A DNA stretch of 64,000 nt, from IMG/VR virus record IMGVR_UViG_3300042569_002054. The stretch is one strand, 5' to 3'. Under the pieces are notes generated by a model, which was not told the origin of the DNA, did no database searches, and worked only from the letters and a program-made list of their open reading frames with translations. Positions 28,230 through 39,411 of this stretch are shown here, piece by piece. The DNA comes from a virus. The position numbers were made by a program, and so were the translations under genes. The first letter of the stretch is position 1. Every line of letters begins with the position of its first letter.

Positions 28230-30101
28230 ATGATATCATATACTACAAGGGATTTTCAGGCAATTAGATTAGAGTTAATAAATTATGTTAGAACTTATTA
28301 TCCTGATTTAATTCAAAACGTAAATGATGCTTCTGTTTTTTCTGTATTACTTGACTTAAACGCTGCGGTTACTGATAACTTAAATTATCATATTGATAGA
28401 AGTTTACAAGAAAGTGTTTTACAATTTGCACAACAACCAAGTTCACTTTATAATATTGCTCGAACTTATGGATTAAAAATTCCTGGAATGAGACCATCGA
28501 TTTCATTGGTTGATTTTTCAATACAAGTTCCACCTTTTGGTGACGCTCCTGCTGTACAATCTAGTACAGGTACATTACAACCACCAGACTCTGCTTATTT
28601 TGGAATTTTAGCTAAAGGTAGTCAGGTAATTGGTGCTGGTCAAACTTTTGAAACTTTATACGATGTTGATTTTGGTAATGATTTTAATAGTGAAGGAATG
28701 GTTAACAGAACAGTAATTCCTAACTTTAACGCTAATAATATATTAATTAACTATACAATTACAAAAAGAGAAGTTGTTATTAATGGTATTACAAAAGTAT
28801 TTAAGAGAGTTATTAATACTCCTGAAACAAGACCATTTTTTGAATTTTTCTTACCTGAAAAAAACGTATTGGGTGTAACTGGTGTAATCTTAAAAGACGG
28901 TACTAATTACAACAACATTCCTTCAGCACAAGAGTTTATGGATACTACAAACTTAACTAATAAGTGGTTTGAAGTTGAGGCTTTAGCTCAGGACAATATT
29001 TTTATCGAAGACCCAACAAAACCACAGGATGAAACAGGTATTAAGGTTGGTCGTTATTATAAAACAAACCAAAAGTTTATTACTGAATATACACCACAAG
29101 GATTTTTAAAATTAACTTTTGGTGGTGGAAATACATCCTCAGATGAACTATTAAGACAATTTACTACTAATGGTACTCCTTTAGACATATCGAAATATCA
29201 AAATAACTATTCTTTAGGTTCAACACTTAAAGGTAATTCAACATTATTTGTTCAGTATCGTGTTGGAGGTGGATTGGTAAGTAATCTTGGACCTGGTTCA
29301 ATTACTCAACTTGGAACTGTGAACTTTAATGTATATGGTAGTGACCAAAATAAAGTTACTGCAGTAATTAATTCTTTATCTTGTAACAACATATTACCAT
29401 CAATTGGTGGTGCAAATTATCCAAGCATTGAAGAAATTAGAAATTTAATAACATTTAACTTTGCCGCACAAAACAGAGCGGTAACTATTAATGATTACGA
29501 AGCGATTATTAGAAAAATGCCTTCAAGATTTGGAGCACCTGCTAAAGTTGCAATTACTGAGGTTGATAATAAAATAAACGTACAAATTTTGTCATACGAT
29601 TCTACAGGAGCGTTAACTGAAGTAGTATCTGGTACAATAAAAAATAATATTGCAACTTATTTGTCAAATTACAGAATGATGAATGATTATATCCAAGTTC
29701 TTTCGGCTCAAGTAATTGATTTAGCGTTTGACATTTTTATTGTACTTAATAGTTCACAAAATCAGGGTGTTGTAATTTCAAATATAATATCAAGGATTAA
29801 TACTTATATGAGTCCAAGTAATCGAGGTATGGGTGAAAATCTTTATATATCACAATTAAGAGCGTTAATACAAAGTGAAGAAGGTGTTATTACTGTTGCA
29901 TCTATAAATGTGTATAACCGAGTTGGTGGATTATATTCATCATCACAAGTTTCTCAATCATATTCTAATACAACAACAAAAGAAATTAAGGTTATAGAAG
30001 ATACTATTTACGCAGAACCAAATCAAATTTTTAATATTAGATTCCCTGATAAGGACATTAAAGTGTCAGTTAAAAATCTAACAACAGTTAATTTCAGTTA
30101 A
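28230..30101 (+). CDS. gp6: Baseplate wedge protein (gp6 / baseplate J-like)
   Basis: SYTTRDFQAIR, YHIDRSLQES, FGGG, YRVGGG, QNRAVTINDYE. Confidence 0.9.
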   Translation: MISYTTRDFQAIRLELINYVRTYYPDLIQNVNDASVFSVLLDLNAAVTDNLNYHIDRSLQESVLQFAQQPSSLYNIARTYGLKIPGMRPSISLVDFSIQVPPFGDAPAVQSSTGTLQPPDSAYFGILAKGSQVIGAGQTFETLYDVDFGNDFNSEGMVNRTVIPNFNANNILINYTITKREVVINGITKVFKRVINTPETRPFFEFFLPEKNVLGVTGVILKDGTNYNNIPSAQEFMDTTNLTNKWFEVEALAQDNIFIEDPTKPQDETGIKVGRYYKTNQKFITEYTPQGFLKLTFGGGNTSSDELLRQFTTNGTPLDISKYQNNYSLGSTLKGNSTLFVQYRVGGGLVSNLGPGSITQLGTVNFNVYGSDQNKVTAVINSLSCNNILPSIGGANYPSIEEIRNLITFNFAAQNRAVTINDYEAIIRKMPSRFGAPAKVAITEVDNKINVQILSYDSTGALTEVVSGTIKNNIATYLSNYRMMNDYIQVLSAQVIDLAFDIFIVLNSSQNQGVVISNIISRINTYMSPSNRGMGENLYISQLRALIQSEEGVITVASINVYNRVGGLYSSSQVSQSYSNTTTKEIKVIEDTIYAEPNQIFNIRFPDKDIKVSVKNLTTVNFS

Positions 30102-30152
30102 CATCATTTATTTTTTGAAAATCGTGTGTAAACTATTTATTAAAAAACACAC

Positions 30153-33100
30153 ATGTCTTCATCTTACAGAATTAGAACAGAGTTAGGGATTGATAAAGTA
30201 ATTCAGGTAAAACTTGAACAAAATTTTGACACACTTGAATTATTGTCTTTATCAATTAATCCAAATGATACTTACATTAGAGCTTGTGCTGACTATGGGG
30301 TGGTTGTTGGTAGAGTTTTCTGCAATAACGGATTTGGTTTACCTAACGCTAAAATATCTATTTTTATTGCTTTAGATGAGGCAGACATCAATGATACTGT
30401 AATTAGTACATTATATCCATACAGAACAATTAATGACGTTAATGAAGATGGTTACAAATACAATTTATTACCTTATACACCCTCTTACACAGGACACATT
30501 CCTGTTGGGACTTTTCCTGATAGAAATGACGCTTTAACTAATAAGTCGGTAATTCAGGTTTACGACAAGTATTTTAAGTTTGTTGTTACCACAAATGGTT
30601 CGGGTGACTTTATGATATTAGGTGTACCACCAGGACAGCATACTTTATTTATGCAAGTTGATTTGTCCGATATTGGTGAGTTTTCATTTACACCTGCGGA
30701 TTTAATTAGAATTGGTAGAGCAACTGAATCACAAGTTAACGGGGCTCAGTTTAAGTTTTCTGAAAATTATAGTGAACTACCTCAAATTGTGACAATATCA
30801 AAAACAGTTCAAGTTGCACCATTTTATGGTGAACAAGAAACTTGTGATTATTATATTGCAAGAACTGACTTTGACTTAACTGCTGAAGCTCAAGTTACTA
30901 TTTTACCTACAGCAGTTTTTATGGGTTCATTGGTTTCAACAGTTGATGAAACTAAATTAGGGTATAATAATATCTATGACAAATGTAAAATCCCAAAAAC
31001 AATGGGTGACTTGTGTGACTTGACTTCAGGTCCTGGGCAAATATTGGCGATAAGACAAAGTTATAGAACTGATAGTGACGGATTACCGATATTGGAAACA
31101 GTTGAATTAGAAAATGGTGGTAAAGTAATTGATGAAAATGGAGCTTGGTTACTAGAAGTTCCAATGAACCTTGATTATGTTTATACCGATGAAGAGGGTA
31201 ATCAACAAATAACACAAAATCCTGAAGTTGGTATACCGACAAAAGGTAAGTACAGATTTAAAGTAAAATGGGAACAAGGCCCTGAAATTTCCGAACCTAC
31301 TAAAAGAGCTTATTTTTTAGTTCCAAATATTAAAGAATATGGTTGGACTAATTCAGACGACCCATATTTGGATTACCAATTTAATGAACAGATTGGTATT
31401 CCTGTATCTATTTTCATACCATCAAATTCTCCAAATGAGAATGGTGAGTATGTTTATTTATCAGACGCAGGTTTAAATCCTAATGAAACTAATCGAGTGT
31501 ATAGATTAACAGGTACGTTAAATGTTGAAAACTTTCAAATATATTACTCTGATGGTACTCAATATCTTTCACAAAATATATATCCGCAAGATTTTACATC
31601 TTTATATTTTGTTTATGATAGAATAGATGATGGTTCAGATGCAATCATCAACTTCTTAAAAATTGATGAAGATAGATTTTTACTTGAACAGTCATATGCT
31701 TTTAGTTTAGATTGGACAGACTATGCTAATGTGTCAGCCGCAATTAATTGTGAAGATACATTTATGGAACTTAAATATAATAAAGTTTACACTGTTAGTC
31801 AGTTAATGGATAGATATGTTTCGGAAAGGAGACCGTGGAATACAACAGGTATTAAAAATATTTTAGATGATAAATGTACAGGTGAATATAACAAATTTCC
31901 AACCAATGATGCATTTTTTAGAGTAAATTTTACATATATAGTGTACAACATATTCTTTGAAATTTTCAGATATATCGCAATGATTTTAATGATTATTGCT
32001 CACATTTTGGGATTTCTATGGTTAGTTGTCGGACCAATTTTGGCGACAATTGTTTCATTAATTCAAACTCTTGTTTATGGAATATGTGTTTCGTTAAATT
32101 GGATTAGAAGAAGATTTGGTAGACCTGAAAGAACATGTAATACACCAATAGATGTTAGTGCATTTTTTACAGGTAATCCTTTTAAAAATCTTGGTTTACC
32201 TTTATTATTGTATACTGAAGATGGTTGTGAAAGATGTAATTGTAGGTTAGATGACCAAAGAATTAATTTTGATTCTATTGGACAACCTAATTTATATACG
32301 TTACTTAATTCAAGTATTTTAATTGACTCAACCGATTTTACACTCTATCGTAGTGATAATGTTGAATCTGAGTATATATCTGGTTTATATGCTGGTGACG
32401 TAAATCCAAGTCAATATTTTGAGTATAATAGATTTCCGTGGGTTATTGCTGAAATTGAAGTTGAAGTTGAGGTTAACAATAACGGAGATACTGATATTAG
32501 AACATTAACTAACTCTCATTTCTCAACGTCGCTACCTTATTCTGAATATTTAAATTCTTGGAACAATAAAGGTAGATATTTTGATGGTACTGATATTGAA
32601 ACTGATTTTGGTCTTCCAACTGACTTTTACGGTTCAACAAGAATGATAGTTTCAATTGAACCTGATTTTAACAATCCTCAAACAAAATATCATATGGATA
32701 ATTTTACGGTATTGTTTATTGACCCGTCGGCTAGTCCGTTAGAAGCTGGTAAGATAGTATCATTTCAGGATAGAGATATGTCAATTGACCCGAATTATTT
32801 TTCTGAACAAAGACAAGTATATGCTACAGGTACAACAATTAATTTATCACATATTAATGTACAATGGACAAACCCTACAACGGGGCCTAACCAAGCTAGT
32901 CAAATGATGACAACGTATAATATACCAGGATTTGATAGTTTACCTAAGACAACAGGTTTTCCATCTGACATTGAATATTTCCAAGTAATTACGGGATGGA
33001 CAGTTGGTCAATATAAAGAAATTATAGGTAACCCTTTTGGTGGTAAATTTGGACTCTTATATAATTACAGTATGACTCATTATGAATATAGTACAGGTAA

Positions 33101-35750
33101 TAATATTGCGGGGTATAATGGAAGAATTAGGAGATTTGAGAATCCACAAAACATTATTGGAATATCTAATTTAATATCAAATATTGATGATTATCAAATT
33201 GTTGTTTTAATGAGAGGTGTTGATGTTCACTCACCTAGAGTAAAACAAAGAATTTATACTGACCCATTTTTTAATGCCTTTGGTTATGGTTATGGGTATG
33301 TTAATAACAATGGGTCTTTACCTCCATTAAATCAAGTTTTAGACAATCCAAGTGGTTATATTGAAGGTTATTACAAGTTAAATATACCCTTACAACCAAA
33401 TGCGTATAATAATAAAACTTGTACAAGACATAATCAACTGGGTACTAATACTGACGCTGACCAATGGGGTAGTACTGTATTTTATGATAGTTACGCCTTT
33501 TTATATAATACTAATTTATTTTCAGCGTATATTACTAATATGTTAAATTACTATTCGTCTTTTGATATAACCACGTTTGGTCAAAATGGTAGTAATAGTC
33601 AAATACCACCTCAGTTTTCCGATGGTAGTTACAATCCATTATACTTGAATTTTGATAATGGTTATACTAGAAATAGTACGTTAAATTTTATGGGAGGTTA
33701 TTTTAGTGTACAACAACAAAATCCTGCGAGTGGGGCAGGAAACTGTAGTTTACCAAAACCGGTAACTCCCGTTTATACTTTAAATTATTGGAACTTTCCT
33801 GAGTTATATAGTGGGAATGGTTTAATTCCCTATCAAACATTAGAAGGACAGTCTTTGTATTATTTAAATATTGGTTATTCTTATTACAATTCAGATTGTG
33901 AATTTTGTAATGGAGGTCTCGGTGAACCATGTAGTTTACTAGTTAATAGTTACAGTAGTTTCCAAAGAGGCTTTATTTCACCTTCATACAATAGTACAAA
34001 TTCATATGCTAATTCTAACGCCAATGGATATACAATCTATTCAAGTATTAATATGAATAATAGTTCAAGAATTGTTGTAAGAACTGATAGGTTACCGACA
34101 TCAACATCTGAGTCAATTAATGGTGGTAATAGTTACTTGATGCACCAAAACCCAACATTTGCAATTTTCCAATACAACGACTCTGGTGAACAATCTGAAC
34201 TAACTAATGTAACACAACAAGCATTTTCAATTAATGATAGTACAAATCAATTTTTACCTTATGCTGAAGTCGCTGACTCTTTAGCTGATTGTGAAAAGGC
34301 GGTAATGTTAAAGTGTTATGAGTTAATTAATGGAGTGCCCACTATAAAACCTGATTGTGAGGAATTAATGAACCCAACATCGAGCAATAAAAAATTCTTT
34401 AATTATGGTACAGGATGTTATAATTTAGTTTCAAAATTAATTGCAACTATTCCTGATGACATAAGGTCGATTGTTGAATGGTCACAAAGAGTTAAAGTTA
34501 ATAATGCGGTATGTTTCAATGTGTTTTCCCATTCATTTTCAAATCAATGGATAAATGGTACTTTATACGCTTATCCATTCAACAATAAAAGAGTATTTAC
34601 TGGTTCTGATAATAGACCGTACAGTATCTTTTGTAAGGATACAATATACTTCCATGAAACAAGTAATAATTTTTATTACAGAAGTTCTCCTTGGTCAGTG
34701 ACTGAAGGATTTATTGGTAAAAATAATACAACTTTTGGTAACACTATTGACTTTGGAAATTATAAATTTTTACAGTCACCTACAACAATTTTAGATTTAG
34801 GGCCTAAAGCTTATTTCATTCAGGAGTTAGTAAATAATGATGACTATGATGGTTATATTGTTTCTAAAATTAAATCTACAAGTTACAATAATGTTTCTGA
34901 AATTTTGAATTTGTTTATATTAAGTCGTTTAGTTAATCCAAATTTTTTACAATTTTTAATACCATCGACACCGGGTGTGAATGAAGGTTCGGACGACCCA
35001 ACCGTAAGAGGTTTCTTTAAAAATAGAAGATGGGAAAATAACAATACTAGTACATTACCTGCATTAGTTGATGCTGATTATGCTCAGATGATATCAATTA
35101 ACTCTGAGTTTGGTATAATACCATTTAGTGTTTCTAATTACGCTCAAACAGTAGATTCAGTATACCAACCTGTAATTTTAGGTGACGAAAATAATTTCCC
35201 ATTTTTTGGATTGTTATTAACAGGTATTACCCAAGATAGAGATTATATATCACCAAGACGAACTATATGGAATCCACAGGCAACTATTGATACCCCACAA
35301 CAATATAATTTTACTGAAATTCCTGTTAAGTCACAAGAAGTACCATTTTATTTATGGAAACTTATAAAAATGAATAATGAAGAGACTGGACAACCTATGG
35401 ACTATGGGACAATTTTTGGTTCACAAAATAATAATTGGGTGACAAACTATCCTGATTCAACAGGGGAGTTTAATAATTCATTCTTCCAATACAAATATCA
35501 AAAATTAGATAGATTTAATAATGCTAGTCGATATTTTCAGGTGGATGGAAACTTGGCGGCTAATTATAGAGGGACTTTAATAAACTTTGACTCAAATAAT
35601 GTACCAACAGATACAATACCGACTCAAAACTTTAATCCTCAATTTTTAGTAGGTGCTCCAAACCACTTCTATTTTGGATTAAAAAGAGGTGGAAGTGCGT
35701 TAGATAGATTTTTAATAAAATACGTAAATACAGAAGAAGTAATTGAATGA
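30153..35750 (+). CDS. Large structural protein (1865 aa) with N-terminal beta-sandwich and internal hydrophobic segment
   Basis: YGVVVGRV, TTNGSGDFMILGVPPGQHTL (carboxypeptidase-regulatory/prealbumin-like); follows gp6; preceded by TATTTAT. Confidence 0.6.
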   Translation: MSSSYRIRTELGIDKVIQVKLEQNFDTLELLSLSINPNDTYIRACADYGVVVGRVFCNNGFGLPNAKISIFIALDEADINDTVISTLYPYRTINDVNEDGYKYNLLPYTPSYTGHIPVGTFPDRNDALTNKSVIQVYDKYFKFVVTTNGSGDFMILGVPPGQHTLFMQVDLSDIGEFSFTPADLIRIGRATESQVNGAQFKFSENYSELPQIVTISKTVQVAPFYGEQETCDYYIARTDFDLTAEAQVTILPTAVFMGSLVSTVDETKLGYNNIYDKCKIPKTMGDLCDLTSGPGQILAIRQSYRTDSDGLPILETVELENGGKVIDENGAWLLEVPMNLDYVYTDEEGNQQITQNPEVGIPTKGKYRFKVKWEQGPEISEPTKRAYFLVPNIKEYGWTNSDDPYLDYQFNEQIGIPVSIFIPSNSPNENGEYVYLSDAGLNPNETNRVYRLTGTLNVENFQIYYSDGTQYLSQNIYPQDFTSLYFVYDRIDDGSDAIINFLKIDEDRFLLEQSYAFSLDWTDYANVSAAINCEDTFMELKYNKVYTVSQLMDRYVSERRPWNTTGIKNILDDKCTGEYNKFPTNDAFFRVNFTYIVYNIFFEIFRYIAMILMIIAHILGFLWLVVGPILATIVSLIQTLVYGICVSLNWIRRRFGRPERTCNTPIDVSAFFTGNPFKNLGLPLLLYTEDGCERCNCRLDDQRINFDSIGQPNLYTLLNSSILIDSTDFTLYRSDNVESEYISGLYAGDVNPSQYFEYNRFPWVIAEIEVEVEVNNNGDTDIRTLTNSHFSTSLPYSEYLNSWNNKGRYFDGTDIETDFGLPTDFYGSTRMIVSIEPDFNNPQTKYHMDNFTVLFIDPSASPLEAGKIVSFQDRDMSIDPNYFSEQRQVYATGTTINLSHINVQWTNPTTGPNQASQMMTTYNIPGFDSLPKTTGFPSDIEYFQVITGWTVGQYKEIIGNPFGGKFGLLYNYSMTHYEYSTGNNIAGYNGRIRRFENPQNIIGISNLISNIDDYQIVVLMRGVDVHSPRVKQRIYTDPFFNAFGYGYGYVNNNGSLPPLNQVLDNPSGYIEGYYKLNIPLQPNAYNNKTCTRHNQLGTNTDADQWGSTVFYDSYAFLYNTNLFSAYITNMLNYYSSFDITTFGQNGSNSQIPPQFSDGSYNPLYLNFDNGYTRNSTLNFMGGYFSVQQQNPASGAGNCSLPKPVTPVYTLNYWNFPELYSGNGLIPYQTLEGQSLYYLNIGYSYYNSDCEFCNGGLGEPCSLLVNSYSSFQRGFISPSYNSTNSYANSNANGYTIYSSINMNNSSRIVVRTDRLPTSTSESINGGNSYLMHQNPTFAIFQYNDSGEQSELTNVTQQAFSINDSTNQFLPYAEVADSLADCEKAVMLKCYELINGVPTIKPDCEELMNPTSSNKKFFNYGTGCYNLVSKLIATIPDDIRSIVEWSQRVKVNNAVCFNVFSHSFSNQWINGTLYAYPFNNKRVFTGSDNRPYSIFCKDTIYFHETSNNFYYRSSPWSVTEGFIGKNNTTFGNTIDFGNYKFLQSPTTILDLGPKAYFIQELVNNDDYDGYIVSKIKSTSYNNVSEILNLFILSRLVNPNFLQFLIPSTPGVNEGSDDPTVRGFFKNRRWENNNTSTLPALVDADYAQMISINSEFGIIPFSVSNYAQTVDSVYQPVILGDENNFPFFGLLLTGITQDRDYISPRRTIWNPQATIDTPQQYNFTEIPVKSQEVPFYLWKLIKMNNEETGQPMDYGTIFGSQNNNWVTNYPDSTGEFNNSFFQYKYQKLDRFNNASRYFQVDGNLAANYRGTLINFDSNNVPTDTIPTQNFNPQFLVGAPNHFYFGLKRGGSALDRFLIKYVNTEEVIE

Positions 35751-37545
35751 TAATTTTCAAATATTAAAAGGTACCGCTAGGTATGCGAGTGCTCCCGACA
35801 TTGATAGTAAAATCAATGTTACTTTAGATAGTACTCTGAAGGAACTTACTGAGTATGACAGAAATTTAGGAATTGATTTAGCCTTCAGATTTGATACTGA
35901 AAGACAACAATCAACAATTTTTAATTTTACCTGTAAGTTTACTCTTCTTTTTGAAAACGCTTATTCAGGATTAACACAACCAATTACAAATCCGTATTCA
36001 CCAATCAATAGAAATTTATATTATGTAAGTCCTGAAACGTATAGAATTTTACAAAACAGTAATCCTGACCCTAGTTTTGAAATTGCTTGGGCTGGTTTAC
36101 CACAATATCATGAGTTTGAGTTTATAAGAACGGATTATAATGTTCCTGGATATACAACCATTCAAAATAACCAAACTCCACATGTACCATTTAATACTTT
36201 AGAGGCAACGTTTTACAATTGGTTTTTTTATCTAACATATCCTTTTGAAAGTGATTATACAAAACAATTACAAATTTTATTAGATGATGGTAATACTTTT
36301 GATTGGATTATTGGGAATGGAATTCCATTTGTAGTAAGTAATGAATTTATAAATGGTAAACCTGTAATTCAATTTACGTGTCCATTTAATCATAATTTAA
36401 GTGAAGGTGATAGTGTTGAATTAACAATTTCTTGTAACACTAATAATACCTTTGATGTTTATACTTTAGGTGATTCATATGCGAATAATCAAGATAGAAT
36501 ATTCACAATATATAATTTAGGTTATGCTGATTGTGGTAATTTTTATGATGGGGCAATTGGATTAATGAAACGAATTACAACTAAAGGTAATCCTGAATCA
36601 AAATCAAAATATTATGTAAGAAGACACAAAGTTATTACAAGTTATAATGATTCAGAATTAACAAAAACAGGTTTTGAAAATAATCCATTCGGTACAAACA
36701 CAAAATATGAGTCAAAAGCTTTAACTCCAAATTTGAGTCCAAGAATTTCAATAAAAGAAGGTTCACAAAGTTATAACTTATCATTTAAAAACGATGTTGA
36801 TATAAATAACCTTTTAGATAATTTAAATAGACCTGTTACTGAATTTTATACAACAGTAGTTAATAGAGGATATTTTGGATTTTTTAATAAACCAATTGTT
36901 AATGGGGTAGGGTTAAAACAGGGATGGGAGTTTAATCTTGGGCCAAATTTAAATACATGGTGGAACGATACAAACACGTTAGCGTTAACAAACGTTCAAA
37001 CTAATTTCTATGATAAAACATCACCTGGTGGTACAATTTTAAGATTTTATTATAATTTACCATATAATGTTGGAGATACTCTTGATGGGGATATTTGTGA
37101 ATGGAATGATATGACACAAACTGAAACTGTTTTGTCTGAATATTACCAAAAAATAAATTTTAATCAAAAAATATTTAGAACATCACCTATTGGTGAGTCA
37201 AATCCAAATACTGAAGGTTATTATTATAAACCACACTATAAATTCCAAATAAGGGTTTTTTCAGATTATGTTGAACAAAGTGACGAAAGTAATCCTCAAA
37301 ATTTTCCTTTAGTTAATTTACCTACTTACGCTTTCTTTTCAAGTTACAATAATGATTTCAGATGGAGAGATATATATCCTTATGGTTTCATTGATGATAT
37401 TGGACGAGGTGTTGATAGGCCTTTTTTAAATAACAAACATTACGTACATGAAAACTTCATTTTTAGATTAATACCTGAAGGAAGTAATGTAACTAATATA
37501 AACACTACACAAGTTAACGACCCAATTACAGATGGTTGTGAATAA
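35743..37545 (+). CDS. Putative baseplate/tail structural protein (600 aa)
   Basis: Long ORF overlapping both neighbours in the structural block. Confidence 0.6.
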   Translation: MNDNFQILKGTARYASAPDIDSKINVTLDSTLKELTEYDRNLGIDLAFRFDTERQQSTIFNFTCKFTLLFENAYSGLTQPITNPYSPINRNLYYVSPETYRILQNSNPDPSFEIAWAGLPQYHEFEFIRTDYNVPGYTTIQNNQTPHVPFNTLEATFYNWFFYLTYPFESDYTKQLQILLDDGNTFDWIIGNGIPFVVSNEFINGKPVIQFTCPFNHNLSEGDSVELTISCNTNNTFDVYTLGDSYANNQDRIFTIYNLGYADCGNFYDGAIGLMKRITTKGNPESKSKYYVRRHKVITSYNDSELTKTGFENNPFGTNTKYESKALTPNLSPRISIKEGSQSYNLSFKNDVDINNLLDNLNRPVTEFYTTVVNRGYFGFFNKPIVNGVGLKQGWEFNLGPNLNTWWNDTNTLALTNVQTNFYDKTSPGGTILRFYYNLPYNVGDTLDGDICEWNDMTQTETVLSEYYQKINFNQKIFRTSPIGESNPNTEGYYYKPHYKFQIRVFSDYVEQSDESNPQNFPLVNLPTYAFFSSYNNDFRWRDIYPYGFIDDIGRGVDRPFLNNKHYVHENFIFRLIPEGSNVTNINTTQVNDPITDGCE

Positions 37546-38287
37546 TTTTAAAATATTAAAAACAAATATTGATAAGGGGATTAACATCCCAATCAATATA
37601 AATTGGGACTTTTTGGATAGGGAAGACGCTCTTAATTTGTATGAGGAACAAATTATTACTGAAATAATTGGTGAACCTGAAAATTATGAAACTGCAAGAT
37701 TTTCATATCCATATCCTTTTAGGTATGTTTTTAATTTTAAAAACAGTGGTGATACCGATTGGGTAAATAGTTATGTTGAATCGGGTAGATTTACACAACC
37801 TCAAGTTTTAAATAAGACAACTGCGTTTATGAAATCATTCTTCAAGATTGATTTTTACGATAGTCAAAATACTTTAAGAAGACGAAATTTTCTAACTGTT
37901 ATTTTAAATAAAAAAAATGATACAACAGATGTTGATTTGGGAAATAATCAAGGAACGGGTAAACTATCAATACCTCGATATAGTTTGAACCCATTAACTA
38001 ATCCTGAAGGTTTTTATCTTTATTGGTTTGAAAATCCTGAAATATTAAATTTAACAAAATTGTATATGACTGTTAAATTTTTTGATGGTTCTGATGGGAC
38101 ATTTACAACGTTTACCACAAAAAAACAAACCGATTCATCGACACCTTATCGATTGACTACTGATTATTTTATGAGAGAAGTTAATTTTAATTTTACTCAA
38201 CAGACATATACAATAAATAATCTTAATTCACAAATTCCACTTTCAACAAATAATTGGTACGAGTATAAAAATCCACCTACAGTATAA
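37532..38287 (+). CDS. Putative structural protein (251 aa)
   Basis: Coupled ORF in baseplate block. Confidence 0.6.
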   Translation: MVVNNFKILKTNIDKGINIPININWDFLDREDALNLYEEQIITEIIGEPENYETARFSYPYPFRYVFNFKNSGDTDWVNSYVESGRFTQPQVLNKTTAFMKSFFKIDFYDSQNTLRRRNFLTVILNKKNDTTDVDLGNNQGTGKLSIPRYSLNPLTNPEGFYLYWFENPEILNLTKLYMTVKFFDGSDGTFTTFTTKKQTDSSTPYRLTTDYFMREVNFNFTQQTYTINNLNSQIPLSTNNWYEYKNPPTV

Positions 38288-38289
38288 AA

Positions 38290-39375
38290 ATGGAAATAAT
38301 TAAAATTAAAATATCTCCTGAATTTTTAGAATCAGATATTGTACAAGTAACATCTAGCGGGTATACTTTTGGGGTATATACTGGATTGACAAGTATATTA
38401 CAAGGTAATACTGGTGGAACGTCATTACTTACAGGACTTACATTTCCTATTTTATTAAAACAAAAGTATCAAGATATTGGTTATTATGATGGATTTGATG
38501 GGAATATTACACAACAAGTTATTTCTGCTAACTTTTCATTTACCTCGTCAACAGAAAGTCCGTATACCGTTAGTTTATTTAATAATTCAAGTGAGGGTGC
38601 AGTTTATTTAATTGATTCGACATATACGATTGATTGGGGTGATGGAAGTTCACAAGTTATAAACTCTTTTTATCCTGACTTTATAAATCACACTTATGGA
38701 AATCCTTTACCTAACCCAACAAGTTATACCATTACATTAAGACAAGAAAACATGTGGGGTACTGTTACAACAACTAAAACAGTTAATGTACCTTACTCAC
38801 CTGTGGATAATTCAAACCCATACGGAACTGTGACTTTTGCAAATACAAGTGGAAGTTGGAGTGCTAGTCCTCAGACATATAATTTTATTTATACTGCAGA
38901 TTCATATAATGAAATTGCGTATCAAATAGGTTCTTATTATGGACAGGTACCTTATTTTATTACAGGGGTAACAACGTCAAGATTAGAGGATTTATCATTG
39001 TATGGGCCAACACAATACCAAGTGGGTCAGACGGTTAATTTACCTGGAGGTGGGTATGGTGTTGTTAATTATTTAACATCACAACAAACAGGATATACTA
39101 TAAACAATACAGACTATATTGACTTTTCGGGTGGGACATCAATTTTTGTCGTGGCTTCTTCAGGATTAACTTCAGATATGTTAGTTCAAAGTGCTATTAC
39201 AAAGAATGAAGTTCTTATGAATGTAATAGACCAACCTCAATTATTTTCAAGTGTTTTTGTTGAACGAGGTAAGAATTCCGCATTGGAAAACTTCAGAAGA
39301 ATTGGTGAAGTTTCAACAATGTCAGATTTGGTAAATTACGGATATAATTTTTTCAACATACAAAACAGTCAATAA
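38290..39375 (+). CDS. Structural protein with PKD-like domain
   Basis: YTIDWGDGS...INHTY...YTITL is a PKD-type signature. Confidence 0.6.
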   Translation: MEIIKIKISPEFLESDIVQVTSSGYTFGVYTGLTSILQGNTGGTSLLTGLTFPILLKQKYQDIGYYDGFDGNITQQVISANFSFTSSTESPYTVSLFNNSSEGAVYLIDSTYTIDWGDGSSQVINSFYPDFINHTYGNPLPNPTSYTITLRQENMWGTVTTTKTVNVPYSPVDNSNPYGTVTFANTSGSWSASPQTYNFIYTADSYNEIAYQIGSYYGQVPYFITGVTTSRLEDLSLYGPTQYQVGQTVNLPGGGYGVVNYLTSQQTGYTINNTDYIDFSGGTSIFVVASSGLTSDMLVQSAITKNEVLMNVIDQPQLFSSVFVERGKNSALENFRRIGEVSTMSDLVNYGYNFFNIQNSQ

Positions 39376-39411
39376 AACTAAAAATTAATATTTATACTAA
39401 TAAGGTAAAAA

